This document shows positions 17,785 through 26,627 of a DNA stretch of 51,241 nt, piece by piece. Made by a program: the position numbers and the translations under genes. Each line of letters begins with the position of its first letter. The stretch's first letter is position 1. Below the pieces are notes generated by a model. The model ran no database searches, was not told the DNA's origin, and was given only the letters and a program-made list of their open reading frames with translations. The stretch lies in IMG/VR virus record IMGVR_UViG_3300037474_000080, positions 1 to 51,241 of that record; one strand, 5' to 3'. This DNA is from a virus. Lineage: Duplodnaviria; Caudoviricetes.

Positions 17785-17818
17785 CTTACCCTTGCAGGGG
17801 CGCGACTGCACAACGCGC

Positions 17819-18239
17819 TTACTTTTTACTTGCTGCCTTCATCTTCTTGTAATAATCAAAATCCTGCTCAAACTTCGCTTGCGCTCTTTCCTGCTGGATT
17901 ATGCGACAAAGTTCAGCGAAGGTGATTGACCAATTATCTTCGATGCGGTCTTGATTTTCGTGCAGTATGCCGCCAACAACTGAATGTAAATCGTTCAGCG
18001 AGTCAACGTTCCAGCCCTCAGGAAAGCCAGGGTGTAATTCTATTTCTTCGACTGCCTGTTCAATCCTTATATCATTAAACAGATCCATCAACGGGCATTT
18101 TGGGCACCCTTTTTTGCGATCTCTGTACTTGTCATTCTGTGGATTGTGGTCGCAAAGATTACAATAATATCTGGGGCCAAGTAAGAAACGCTTCTCAGCA
18201 AAGAAGTTTGCTTTCCAGGCTACAACCCTAAACGCGGCG
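17819..18239 (-). CDS. tail assembly chaperone frameshift extension (gpGT-like T part)
   Basis: frame is open about 50 codons upstream of the track start (18091) with no start codon and overlaps the end of the chaperone gene; contains CNLC...CPKC. Confidence 0.7.
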
Positions 18240-18605
18240 AAAAAACTCCAGCGGCTTTTGGGCGCGTTCCACCTCCATAACTACATACTGAATCACGCTT
18301 TCGTAGCCTGAATCCGTGAAATAATCTAAAGCGCGTTGCTCAAGGGTGCCGCCTTCTTTCGGGAAATCATCAATACCTTGCGGTTCTTCGGCTAACTGTT
18401 TACAGAATCGCGCCAGATTGTTTGCATCATCAAATAGAGTAGCGGCAACTTCCAAGCCTTTCCTTGTGCCTGCGGTTTCTCTGTTCATCGTGAACAGTAT
18501 GACCGTTTCCTCTGTCTCTACTTCGCCCGCTTCATTTGTGCTTCTGTTCACCAGCGTGACAGATACCGGAATCGGCTTGGTGAAGAAATCTTTCGTTATT
18601 CCCAT
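18228..18605 (-). CDS. tail assembly chaperone (gpG-like)
   Basis: 125 aa acidic, after the tail tube; ends GAG TTT TTT CGC CGC GTT TAG. Confidence 0.7.
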   Translation of the reverse strand: MGITKDFFTKPIPVSVTLVNRSTNEAGEVETEETVILFTMNRETAGTRKGLEVAATLFDDANNLARFCKQLAEEPQGIDDFPKEGGTLEQRALDYFTDSGYESVIQYVVMEVERAQKPLEFFRRV

Positions 18606-18614
18606 TTATTCCTC

Positions 18615-19001
18615 TTATGGCGTCGGATCAATTAACGCATAGATATTCAAATTAACCGGGTCGCTACCTGCATTGGTCACATACATTGTGGTCACGTTAG
18701 TAGTGATGGGATTCGCGAGCTGACTCTGATTATCCCAATCTACCCCGCTGTCGGAATCGAGCGTAAATGTATTGGCAGGCGAACCGCTTGAATTAGTTTT
18801 CAATGTCAGCGCGGCATCAGCCGAAATGAACAGCGACTTCAAAGCAGCGATTGTGAAGGCAATCAGGATTTGCTGATTTGTCGTTGTGCCTGGTACGGCA
18901 ATTTCAATCGCCAATTCTTCTTCTGCTTCTATGGTGCTGGTCAAGGCTGGGCGCACTGTCCCGCCACGATTCAACGATCTATTCCATTTATGTGTTGGCA
19001 T
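18615..19001 (-). CDS. tail-associated structural protein
   Basis: Thr/Asn-rich beta-sandwich-like ORF after the tail tube. Confidence 0.55.
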   Translation of the reverse strand: MPTHKWNRSLNRGGTVRPALTSTIEAEEELAIEIAVPGTTTNQQILIAFTIAALKSLFISADAALTLKTNSSGSPANTFTLDSDSGVDWDNQSQLANPITTNVTTMYVTNAGSDPVNLNIYALIDPTP

Positions 19002-19011
19002 GATATTTCCT

Positions 19012-19953
19012 TTATGTTTCTCTGGTTACGGTAACTGTATCGGCTGCCTGTCTTGGCGTTAAATTGTAGGACAGCACAGAGCGCTTGAAGCCCCCCTCGT
19101 AACTCTCGCCATCATTATGTTCAAATAAAGCAGAAGTGCAGGCAAAAGTGACGCCATCAGATGTCGTGCCTATCCTGAAACTGAAGGGATAACGTGTCGT
19201 TGGGTCTGCAATGCCAGCTAAATACAGCGCATCATTCACCTCGCCCTGCAAATTGCACTTTAATAACAGGTCGCGCAGGTCGGCGCGTTCATTGCGGGTA
19301 ATGTCAACTGATGCGCGAGTGAATGGATCATTCGGATCCGGCTTATTATCAAAATTAAACTCATATCCGGACAGGATGCTCAACCGACTAACAGAATCAA
19401 TTGAAAAAGCACCATCCTTGAATCTGGCTACAGGGTCATCATTGCAATCTGACCAGTCATAGGCTGATGCCAGGGAAGGAGCGCCATGCCCCAACCATTC
19501 AAAAGTTGTCGTGTAACCACTCACGGCCAGCGCTATGTTTATTTTCATCAGCACCATCGACTTGAGAATGATGGGTTGAATAGCTGAGCCGTCATGACCG
19601 TAGATTAGAGAGGTGGCAGGAGGTTGATATTCGCCTTTCGGAAGTAGCGTAACGTCATCACCTGCGATCACCCCGAAAGCCCACCCGAAATGGCCGAAGA
19701 TTTCAGCTGGTACCGCTTTTATTCCATAGGTCAATTTATACATGCGACTATTCAATATCCGGTCATCGATGCCTTCGCCGGAACATGTCAAAATCTCTTC
19801 TTTGTCGCTAATAAAAGTTAATTTCGGGTCTTCGTCAGACAAGGGGATTCTTGTATCAATATCACCCTGCGATAGTGCCGTATCGAAATCACTCTGCACG
19901 TCAAAACCGGCAGCGCGGCATATTGCAACCGTTGACCTTCTTTGTTGAGCCAT
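19012..19953 (-). CDS. major tail tube protein
   Basis: 313 aa; strong GAGGAG RBS; canonical position between terminator and chaperones. Confidence 0.7.
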   Translation of the reverse strand: MAQQRRSTVAICRAAGFDVQSDFDTALSQGDIDTRIPLSDEDPKLTFISDKEEILTCSGEGIDDRILNSRMYKLTYGIKAVPAEIFGHFGWAFGVIAGDDVTLLPKGEYQPPATSLIYGHDGSAIQPIILKSMVLMKINIALAVSGYTTTFEWLGHGAPSLASAYDWSDCNDDPVARFKDGAFSIDSVSRLSILSGYEFNFDNKPDPNDPFTRASVDITRNERADLRDLLLKCNLQGEVNDALYLAGIADPTTRYPFSFRIGTTSDGVTFACTSALFEHNDGESYEGGFKRSVLSYNLTPRQAADTVTVTRET

Positions 19954-19970
19954 AGCGTTTTATTCTCCTC

Positions 19971-20372
19971 TTACCCTTTGGGCTTAAATTCTTTCAATCC
20001 ACCAACAACACGGCGCAATAGCTTTGCTTCCGGGTGATAAAATCCTTTTTTTTGCGTGGCAGCATCAGGCAATTTAATTTGCCGTAAACCAACCTGAATA
20101 AAATCAACGGGTTCGCCAAATTTGGGTTTGCCTTCTTTGTCCTCTTCGGTTGGCTTATCAAGCCAATTAACCACAGTAAAAGGTCCGTCCTTTTCAGTTT
20201 GCTTATAAACGCGCTCGTTTGACCAGATAAGGTTTGGCTGTGGCGTTGCTGTTTTCGGTCCCTCAGATGAGGCGGCATTTTCGGCAACCGGTTCTTGCGG
20301 TGTGTCATCACTGGCAAGGCTTATGCCGTCCATAGTTGGCTCTTTTGCTGTTGTAGTTTTACGTCCTGCCAT
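19971..20372 (-). CDS. hypothetical protein
   Basis: 133 aa; AGGAG RBS. Confidence 0.65.
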   Translation of the reverse strand: MAGRKTTTAKEPTMDGISLASDDTPQEPVAENAASSEGPKTATPQPNLIWSNERVYKQTEKDGPFTVVNWLDKPTEEDKEGKPKFGEPVDFIQVGLRQIKLPDAATQKKGFYHPEAKLLRRVVGGLKEFKPKG

Positions 20373-20383
20373 TTGATGAACTC

Positions 20384-20893
20384 CTAATATGTATTCAAAA
20401 CCAATACGCGAAGGGTAAAATTTGCCACATGGGCAATTTGCTTCACGCTTCCGCCATCAATTTCTTCCAGGTGAAAATCTTCGCTCGACTCCAACCCCTG
20501 ATGGTCGATGGTTCCGTTTTTGATTCCCAGGTGTACGTCTTTGTTAAAAGCTTCGTTTGCGTAATATATTGCCCGCTGAAAGCTAATCTCGCTTGTGATA
20601 CCGCCCGACATTTCGCTTTGATACAGGTGGGAAAACTTTAATGTAAAGATATAAATAGTAGTGATGTCGCAACCGCCAACGCCTTCTGCGACCTGAGAAC
20701 CGATAGAAGTCCAGCTAACTTCCCAGCCGCGCCACATATCAATGCTATCAGCATCAACCTGACTTTTCAGCAGCCGCAATGAATCAGAATTCGACTCAGC
20801 CAGCCGCTTGTCAGTGATAATGATTCCCTGACCATCAGCGCCTTCTAAAATCTCGACTATTCCATCGGCTATTTCTTCGGGTGTGATGTTCAT
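20384..20893 (-). CDS. putative tail terminator
   Basis: size, position and acidic beta C-terminus (HVANFTLRVLV). Confidence 0.55.
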   Translation of the reverse strand: MNITPEEIADGIVEILEGADGQGIIITDKRLAESNSDSLRLLKSQVDADSIDMWRGWEVSWTSIGSQVAEGVGGCDITTIYIFTLKFSHLYQSEMSGGITSEISFQRAIYYANEAFNKDVHLGIKNGTIDHQGLESSEDFHLEEIDGGSVKQIAHVANFTLRVLVLNTY

Positions 20894-21486
20894 TTATTGA
20901 GAATTGCGGCTATCCTGATTTCAATATCAGTCAATGCTTTGCTGATACGGGAGGCGTAATTTGATTTGAGATTCTTGAATAGAAATAATCTATGCGATGG
21001 TTTAAAGCCGGTCTTTCGCGGTAATCCCTCTTTGCCAATCTTGCGACCAATCAAAAAGGCGATGGATTTCTGCTTTGCCAGCAGGCTTTGTACCCTCGTG
21101 CGGAGCTTCCCAGTTGCTCTGCTGCGCGTTCTGGTAATGCCTACAGCTAAAGACCGTCTTGTTTTGACTGATTGAGCGTTCGCGCCAAGTCCTTTGCGCT
21201 GTACCCATTTCAATAGAACCTTCGGCGGTGGCTGCTTGCCTGGTGCGCGCCCTTCTTCAATCGCTTCAATCCCCGGCGCATTCGAGAAGATCACCATCTG
21301 CGTATTGATACCGCGCCTGGTGAATTTGCGCTTTACTGTCTTTTTGTAGTGACCGGGTAAGTCTCTTTCCAGTGCAGCAACGAGGTCATTGCCTAGCGGG
21401 TCAAAAACTTCTTTTACAGCTTGACCAATTAGCACAGCAGGACCGGGTTTGAAGAATGCGCCCGTTTTTTTTACTACCGCTGCCAT
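20890..21486 (-). CDS. neck / tail-completion protein (HK97 gp10-like)
   Basis: basic; IEEGRAPGKQPP..LLKWVQRKG...AFLIGRKIGKEG motif. Confidence 0.75.
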   Translation of the reverse strand: MAAVVKKTGAFFKPGPAVLIGQAVKEVFDPLGNDLVAALERDLPGHYKKTVKRKFTRRGINTQMVIFSNAPGIEAIEEGRAPGKQPPPKVLLKWVQRKGLGANAQSVKTRRSLAVGITRTRSRATGKLRTRVQSLLAKQKSIAFLIGRKIGKEGLPRKTGFKPSHRLFLFKNLKSNYASRISKALTDIEIRIAAILNK

Positions 21487-21857
21487 TACTTAAACTCGCC
21501 GCTGGGCTTCACGTTAAACGTCCAAATCCGCTTGCTTGGATATGTGGGCGCTTTCCTGCCTTCATCTATCCAAATCTTTGCAGGCGCTGATATGGTTGGG
21601 ATATAGATGCCGAAAGCGTTTGATTTGTCCAGCATTTCTCTTGTGATTGGGTCAAGTTCGGCAATCTGCAGAACCATCACGCCTTCTATTTCTTTATCAG
21701 CGTGAAGAAACCAGCCGGTTAGAACCTGCCTGATAACGTCATATCCCTTGCGCCCATTTGTGGCATAATCCAGCAATGACAGCGTGGCGGTCTTGCCAAG
21801 AAACACATTGCGCTTTGCATCTAGGCCAGCGGCTAAAGCTTTAGTGAAGTCAGGCAT
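21486..21857 (-). CDS. putative head-closure protein
   Basis: 123 aa upstream of the neck gene, TAATG-coupled. Confidence 0.5.
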   Translation of the reverse strand: MPDFTKALAAGLDAKRNVFLGKTATLSLLDYATNGRKGYDVIRQVLTGWFLHADKEIEGVMVLQIAELDPITREMLDKSNAFGIYIPTISAPAKIWIDEGRKAPTYPSKRIWTFNVKPSGEFK

Positions 21858-21908
21858 ATACTTAAATGGGGAGTATTAAAACCTATGCGCTTTGGGTATA
21901 ATCTGGCT

Positions 21909-22202
21909 ATGATTTGCAATGCCATCAGAGAAAAGAATTCATCTTATACGACAACCCGACAAGCCGAAGTTGAATTTTGCTGCGAAGAGATGAAAGAAGC
22001 ATGGAACGATAGGTTCATCGGCTTCGGCGAATTTGACTCATACCCTATTAATCGCATTGTAGATGTCTGTGTTTATCGTTGTTTTGCCTATCCAGAAGGC
22101 GCGTTCTATAATGAAATGCCGCTTAAATATTGTCCGTTTTGCGCCGAAGAAATCAAAATCGTAATTACCGATGCGCCACTAGAATTGAAAGCTAACCGAT
22201 AA
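21909..22202 (+). CDS. moron-like Cys-rich protein, probably leaderless
   Basis: TATAAT at 21897-21902, ATG 6 nt later; FCCEEM...YCPFCA. Confidence 0.65.
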   Translation: MICNAIREKNSSYTTTRQAEVEFCCEEMKEAWNDRFIGFGEFDSYPINRIVDVCVYRCFAYPEGAFYNEMPLKYCPFCAEEIKIVITDAPLELKANR

Positions 22203-22220
22203 CCAGCAAATTAAAATCCT

Positions 22221-22892
22221 TTATGGATTATCTTTCACAATAGCTTTACCTTGAGCCAACACTTCAACTTCATCAGGCGAGCCAGTGAGAATATGACGAA
22301 CCGTGTAGCGTGACCGTGCAACTGCCAACGCTGCCGTTACAGTGCTTGTCAGTTCAACCTTGACCTCTTTGACTATATCGGTGGCTGTGACTACGGTTGC
22401 CGTTACCTCTTCATCCTGCACAAAGAATTTAACTGTACCTTCGTCCAGATCAGGCCATAGCCCGTTCACGTCGAGAAAATGAATCGCCCTGCCGTTGTCG
22501 GTAGAATAGGAATCGCCAATCGTAATAAAAATATCTTCGCTATCTTCCTGCTGGTCAGATACACGAATTGCCGCGGTTCTTTGCAGTGAATCACCGCCAC
22601 CCCCGCCGCTGATGCTTGATGTTTTCACATCGGTAAACTCAGCCTCTTGCGGATTAATTGCGGCAAAGGCTTTCAGTCCGGTTGGCAACGTGCCTGTGTA
22701 GAATTTAATGCCGCCGCGGTGCGCATCCGGTATGGTTGTGCAATGAAACAGGTATTGTCCGAAACCAATCTCACTAAAGCCACTTGTCATTTCTGAGCCA
22801 ACATCAACATTGCTCGAATTGACCAGAATTGCTTTCAATGTCAATCCTGTCTGGCTTGCGCCTAAGTTAATCGAAAAATCTAAAGTGTACAT
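22221..22892 (-). CDS. putative virion protein (Ig/BppU-like C-terminal domain)
   Basis: GDSY....I.F....WPDL..GTVKF...VKVELTSTVTAAL...YTV...VLAQGKAIV. Confidence 0.55.
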   Translation of the reverse strand: MYTLDFSINLGASQTGLTLKAILVNSSNVDVGSEMTSGFSEIGFGQYLFHCTTIPDAHRGGIKFYTGTLPTGLKAFAAINPQEAEFTDVKTSSISGGGGGDSLQRTAAIRVSDQQEDSEDIFITIGDSYSTDNGRAIHFLDVNGLWPDLDEGTVKFFVQDEEVTATVVTATDIVKEVKVELTSTVTAALAVARSRYTVRHILTGSPDEVEVLAQGKAIVKDNP

Positions 22893-22895
22893 AGG

Positions 22896-23458
22896 TTAAA
22901 AGCCCATTGCGGTCTTCAATGCTGCAGCCCATGCTGCATTGCCTGCGGTCGAATAATGCACGCCGTCTGTGGTGTTTGCCGCGCCGTTATCGGCTGCTTT
23001 GATCACGATTCTTTCATCAGGCCCCGCGCTGGCAAACAATGAGCGGGTTGATAGGACGTTCACAATCCAGGTGTCGTCCATAAGATCACATAGCGCATCA
23101 AATCCCCGCTTCCAGACCTTTGCAACAAGAATGTGCGTTGTAGGCCAAGCCGTGTGAATCTTATCCAGCAGGCTACCCAAAGACGCCTCGAAACTTGCCT
23201 GCGATGTTACGTTGATGTCATTGACGCCGATGTTGATCAGCGCGAACTTGTTTAAGAAGGCTGGAACTTCTTGTGTTGTTCCGCTTATCCAGGCGTTTGC
23301 TTGATTGTCGAGGTCTGCCGCACGCCATCCCGATAAAGCCAACTGAGCGGGGTAATTATTGAATGCCTGTCCTGCTGTCCGAAGACTGCTAAATAGCGTT
23401 GCCTGAAAACCATTAAGTTCGGTCTTACTGTCACCAAGAAAGGTGACAAGCCCAGTTA
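22896..23458 (-). CDS. SGNH/GDSL hydrolase domain, probably expressed by -1 frameshift from the fibre gene
   Basis: blocks FLGDS, LSG, INIGVND, DGVHY; block I begins 6 codons after the fibre stop with no suitable start codon. Confidence 0.85.
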
Positions 23459-23465
23459 TAAATTT
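23429..23465 (-). other. -1 programmed ribosomal frameshift signal
   Basis: A AAT TTA heptamer (23465-23459) directly before TAA; hairpin TGTCACC-tttctt-GGTGACA (23448-23429). Confidence 0.75.
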
Positions 23466-25552
23466 ACTACATGGAATCCTATGCTTACTTCGGCGGTTGC
23501 CGCTGCTCCTAAAGTAATCACAAAACTCCCTGCCCCCGGCACGGCGCTTTTTACCCAAGCTGTCGTGTCATTTGTTCGTAATGATGTATAGATAGTTGAA
23601 TTGACGGTACACTTATCACAAGTCACTGTAACGGTCGTTCCCGCCGCGGCGATGTTGACCGTTCCGTGCGCCTTGTTAATCGTCTGATTGCCGGTTGTTC
23701 CTGCCGGCGTGATTGTCTGGTCAACGTAGAGTTGGCGAAGTTTCAAATCACCAAATGAACCAACCGTACCATTATTGATTTCAATCATCCTGGCAGCGCT
23801 TCTTGCCATCGCCGTATCAAGCGAGGTCGAAGTCACTGCGCCAGAAGTCCAGCCAACAATCAACGATGACAGGTAGCGATGCTCTACATTTACGTCGCCC
23901 ATTGTAGCAACGCCGTTACAGATTGTCGTAATCTGGTTGGCATTGTTTCCGTTCCAACCCGTTGTCAGATTGCCCTTGAAGGTGATGGAAGGTGTCAGCG
24001 AAACAGAGCTTCCCTTTGCGGCTGCAACGAACTGGCGGTCATCAGTCATAATGACAGCGCCGTTGTTACCTGAGCCAATCAGAGCGCCGGGAACCAAGTT
24101 TATATCGCCACCATTGCCGTTACCGCTTGCGTTTCTTGCTGCTGCGCCTGCCGTGATGGTCACAGAGCCACCATTTGCTGCGCCTGCCACGCTTGACCCT
24201 GCCACTGCTGCCGATGCCGTCAAGGAGGCTGCAATACCCGCCTGCGAGGTTGTAATTGCTGCTGGAGCGGTTGCTGTGAATGCTGCGGCTACGCCTGCAC
24301 CGGTTACGAGTGCTGTGTTGATTGCAACGGAAGCAAGATTGTCGAGTGCTGTCGTTGCTCCGCTGCTTGTAATGGTTGCCCATTCTGGAGCTGTAGCGCC
24401 TGCGTTCATTCGCAGTTGCTGAAGGGCGGTGCCTTTGGCAAGACGAGTCAGAACATTCGATGCTCTATAGTAAATATCGCCGTTCGCGTCAGAACCAAGC
24501 GACATTGTGACAGCGCCCAAAGATGCACCAGAACCCAAACCGCCACTTGTGACAGTGCCAATTGCTGTCAGGGATGAAGTGACAACCGTTGAATTCAGGG
24601 TTGTGCCTGTGAGCGTTCCTGCTGCTGCTGTGACTGTTATTGCTGCCGTGCCATCAAATGACACGCCGTTGATTGCTCTGGCGGTCTGTAAAGCCGTAGC
24701 CGTGCCAGCATTGCCTGTGACGCTTGTCTGGTCGCCCGTGTTGGTTCCGGAAAGCGAAAGATCAGTTTTCAGTTGCGCGATGCTGCGATTTGTCCAGGCA
24801 CCGGCTTTGCGCTGCAATATATCGTCATTGGTTGGCGTGAGTCCTGCGATTGCTGAAAGGTCAGTGCTTAGACCTTGAGCATCAGTAATCCCATAGCCTG
24901 ACAGTGTGGTAGGCTTGCTGCCAATCTGCGCGAAAGTGTAATCATTGCTCTGCGCTGTGACCGTTCCGGAGCGCCCGAACACTGATGTAACGCTATCGGT
25001 AGGGGTTAATAACTCCTGCCAATTGGCAAGAACCGTCGCGTCTGCAGTCTTGAGGATGAAAGATTTGTTCAGGTCTGTGCGTACGGCAATATCGCCCACT
25101 TCTGCTGTAAGAGCGAGCATTGCAACCTGAGACGCGACAACAAAAGTATCGGTAATAGCGAGGGCAGGTAATTGATTCGGATTTATCTTTCCGGATGAAT
25201 CTAAGCCAGCATAACCGCTGTTCTGGTCTTTGTTGGCTGGGTCCTCTGGCGTAAACCCTAAAGCCGCTTGCTTGGCGTTCCAGGTGGCAGCACTGGCAAT
25301 GTACGAATCACCGATGGGCGTACCGTTCCAAATACCGGCACTGACCGTACCAAGAGTTGTCAGGTTTGTGCTGCCTGCCCATGTAGAAAGTGCGGTATTC
25401 TCTACGCTGCCCAGTCCTACCTGTGATTTTGTCACAGAGTGCGGATTGCTCGTATTGGCAACGTGCGTAGACAGGTCGGAATCATCAGCAGGCGTAAAGC
25501 CTAACTCTGCAATGATTGCGGCGTATGATAAAGGTGCGGTTGCGTTTGGCAT
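23456..25552 (-). CDS. head/neck fibre-like protein
   Basis: 698 aa Thr/Ala/Gly-rich; phage fibre modules SNPHSVTKSQVGLGSV, NKDQNSGYAGLDSSGKI, VTSVFGRSGTV, KPTTLSGYGITDA, TARAINGVSFDGT. Confidence 0.8.
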   Translation of the reverse strand: MPNATAPLSYAAIIAELGFTPADDSDLSTHVANTSNPHSVTKSQVGLGSVENTALSTWAGSTNLTTLGTVSAGIWNGTPIGDSYIASAATWNAKQAALGFTPEDPANKDQNSGYAGLDSSGKINPNQLPALAITDTFVVASQVAMLALTAEVGDIAVRTDLNKSFILKTADATVLANWQELLTPTDSVTSVFGRSGTVTAQSNDYTFAQIGSKPTTLSGYGITDAQGLSTDLSAIAGLTPTNDDILQRKAGAWTNRSIAQLKTDLSLSGTNTGDQTSVTGNAGTATALQTARAINGVSFDGTAAITVTAAAGTLTGTTLNSTVVTSSLTAIGTVTSGGLGSGASLGAVTMSLGSDANGDIYYRASNVLTRLAKGTALQQLRMNAGATAPEWATITSSGATTALDNLASVAINTALVTGAGVAAAFTATAPAAITTSQAGIAASLTASAAVAGSSVAGAANGGSVTITAGAAARNASGNGNGGDINLVPGALIGSGNNGAVIMTDDRQFVAAAKGSSVSLTPSITFKGNLTTGWNGNNANQITTICNGVATMGDVNVEHRYLSSLIVGWTSGAVTSTSLDTAMARSAARMIEINNGTVGSFGDLKLRQLYVDQTITPAGTTGNQTINKAHGTVNIAAAGTTVTVTCDKCTVNSTIYTSLRTNDTTAWVKSAVPGAGSFVITLGAAATAEVSIGFHVVNL

Positions 25553-25815
25553 TACTGTTTAATAAGAGCGTCTAGGGTAAAGGTGTATGGGGTCTGGCTT
25601 TCTTTTGAAACTCCTGCGCGGTCAAGTATTTCCGCGCCAAGCTGATTGATTTGCTGCTGATTTCCAGCAAGGTCTTTTTCCAGCCTCTCTTTTATGTCTA
25701 ATAGAGTGGCGGCAGCAATCTTTTCGCTCAACTTCAAGTCGATTCTGTCAGGTTCGGGGGTGGCTTCTGTGGCTGCTTCTTTTTGGTTCACAATGCTAAG
25801 TTTTTTTCTGCTCAT
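25552..25815 (-). CDS. small coiled-coil protein
   Basis: 87 aa, TAATG-coupled to the fibre gene. Confidence 0.65.
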   Translation of the reverse strand: MSRKKLSIVNQKEAATEATPEPDRIDLKLSEKIAAATLLDIKERLEKDLAGNQQQINQLGAEILDRAGVSKESQTPYTFTLDALIKQ

Positions 25816-25830
25816 AAATTTCTACTTTAC

Positions 25831-26238
25831 CTATCTACAAAGGCAGCGCCACGATGGGCACCCGCAACGCGAACAGCAGCGCCCTAAGCGATTCATTGGA
25901 ATAGTGCCAATGCCAGCACGAGCAGAAGGCGATTCATAGAGCGCGTCAATCATATAATCAATCAACTGTTCTCTATCTCTTACCTGTGAATAATCAACGG
26001 CATCTTCACCGCCAGTCAGCGCAACAGTGCCGTCGCCAATTCCATCAATGAGAGTCAGCGCAGCATTGATCTGCTGTATCTGCACCGTTGTCGCTGCGTT
26101 CAATTTCGCTTCAAGTCCGGGATACAAACCGACTTGCGATTTATATCTTTCAGAACCGCGAATCAGAGACAGAGCCTGAGATTTTGCGATGCTCGAAAGC
26201 GTTGTCGAGGCGAGTGTAATTTCTGCGATTGTTGGCAT
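25831..26238 (-). CDS. putative head-tail adaptor
   Basis: helical, 135 aa, second gene after capsid; Cys-rich C-terminus. Confidence 0.55.
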   Translation of the reverse strand: MPTIAEITLASTTLSSIAKSQALSLIRGSERYKSQVGLYPGLEAKLNAATTVQIQQINAALTLIDGIGDGTVALTGGEDAVDYSQVRDREQLIDYMIDALYESPSARAGIGTIPMNRLGRCCSRCGCPSWRCLCR

Positions 26239-26296
26239 CGTGACAGCCTAAAGGGAAGAGGCAAGAGGGAATGTTGATTTTCCCTCTTGATGATAA

Positions 26297-26563
26297 TTAT
26301 CTGTTTTTCTTTGCGCCGGCATCTTTCGAGGCTGCGGCTTTCTTTGCGGCAACTTTCTCTTTCTTTGCGGCAAGGGCTTTCTCTTCTTCTTCGATCTTTG
26401 CTTCTGCGGCTGCTGTATCTTCTTCTGATTCCGCCAAATCAATTTCATCTGGCAGGGTAGCTGTAGAGGTGTGAATCTGACCGCCATGCATCACGGATTC
26501 ACCTCTTGCAATGATGGCCTCCATGTCGGCGCGTGATAGTTCGGTTTTTACTTCTTTTGCCAT
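26297..26563 (-). CDS. small charged protein after capsid
   Basis: GGAG RBS; Glu/Lys/Ala-rich. Confidence 0.7.
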   Translation of the reverse strand: MAKEVKTELSRADMEAIIARGESVMHGGQIHTSTATLPDEIDLAESEEDTAAAEAKIEEEEKALAAKKEKVAAKKAAASKDAGAKKNR

Positions 26564-26627
26564 TTCTATTTCTCCAAAAGGACGTGTTGAAGCGGCCCCG
26601 AAAGACCGCCCCTGTTAATAAATGGAA

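Noticed and set aside
23459-23558. TTG start MGKKRRAGG for the SGNH gene
   Set aside because: Lies 100 nt inside the fibre gene, has no SD and gives an implausible N-terminus; a frameshift explains the domain boundary better
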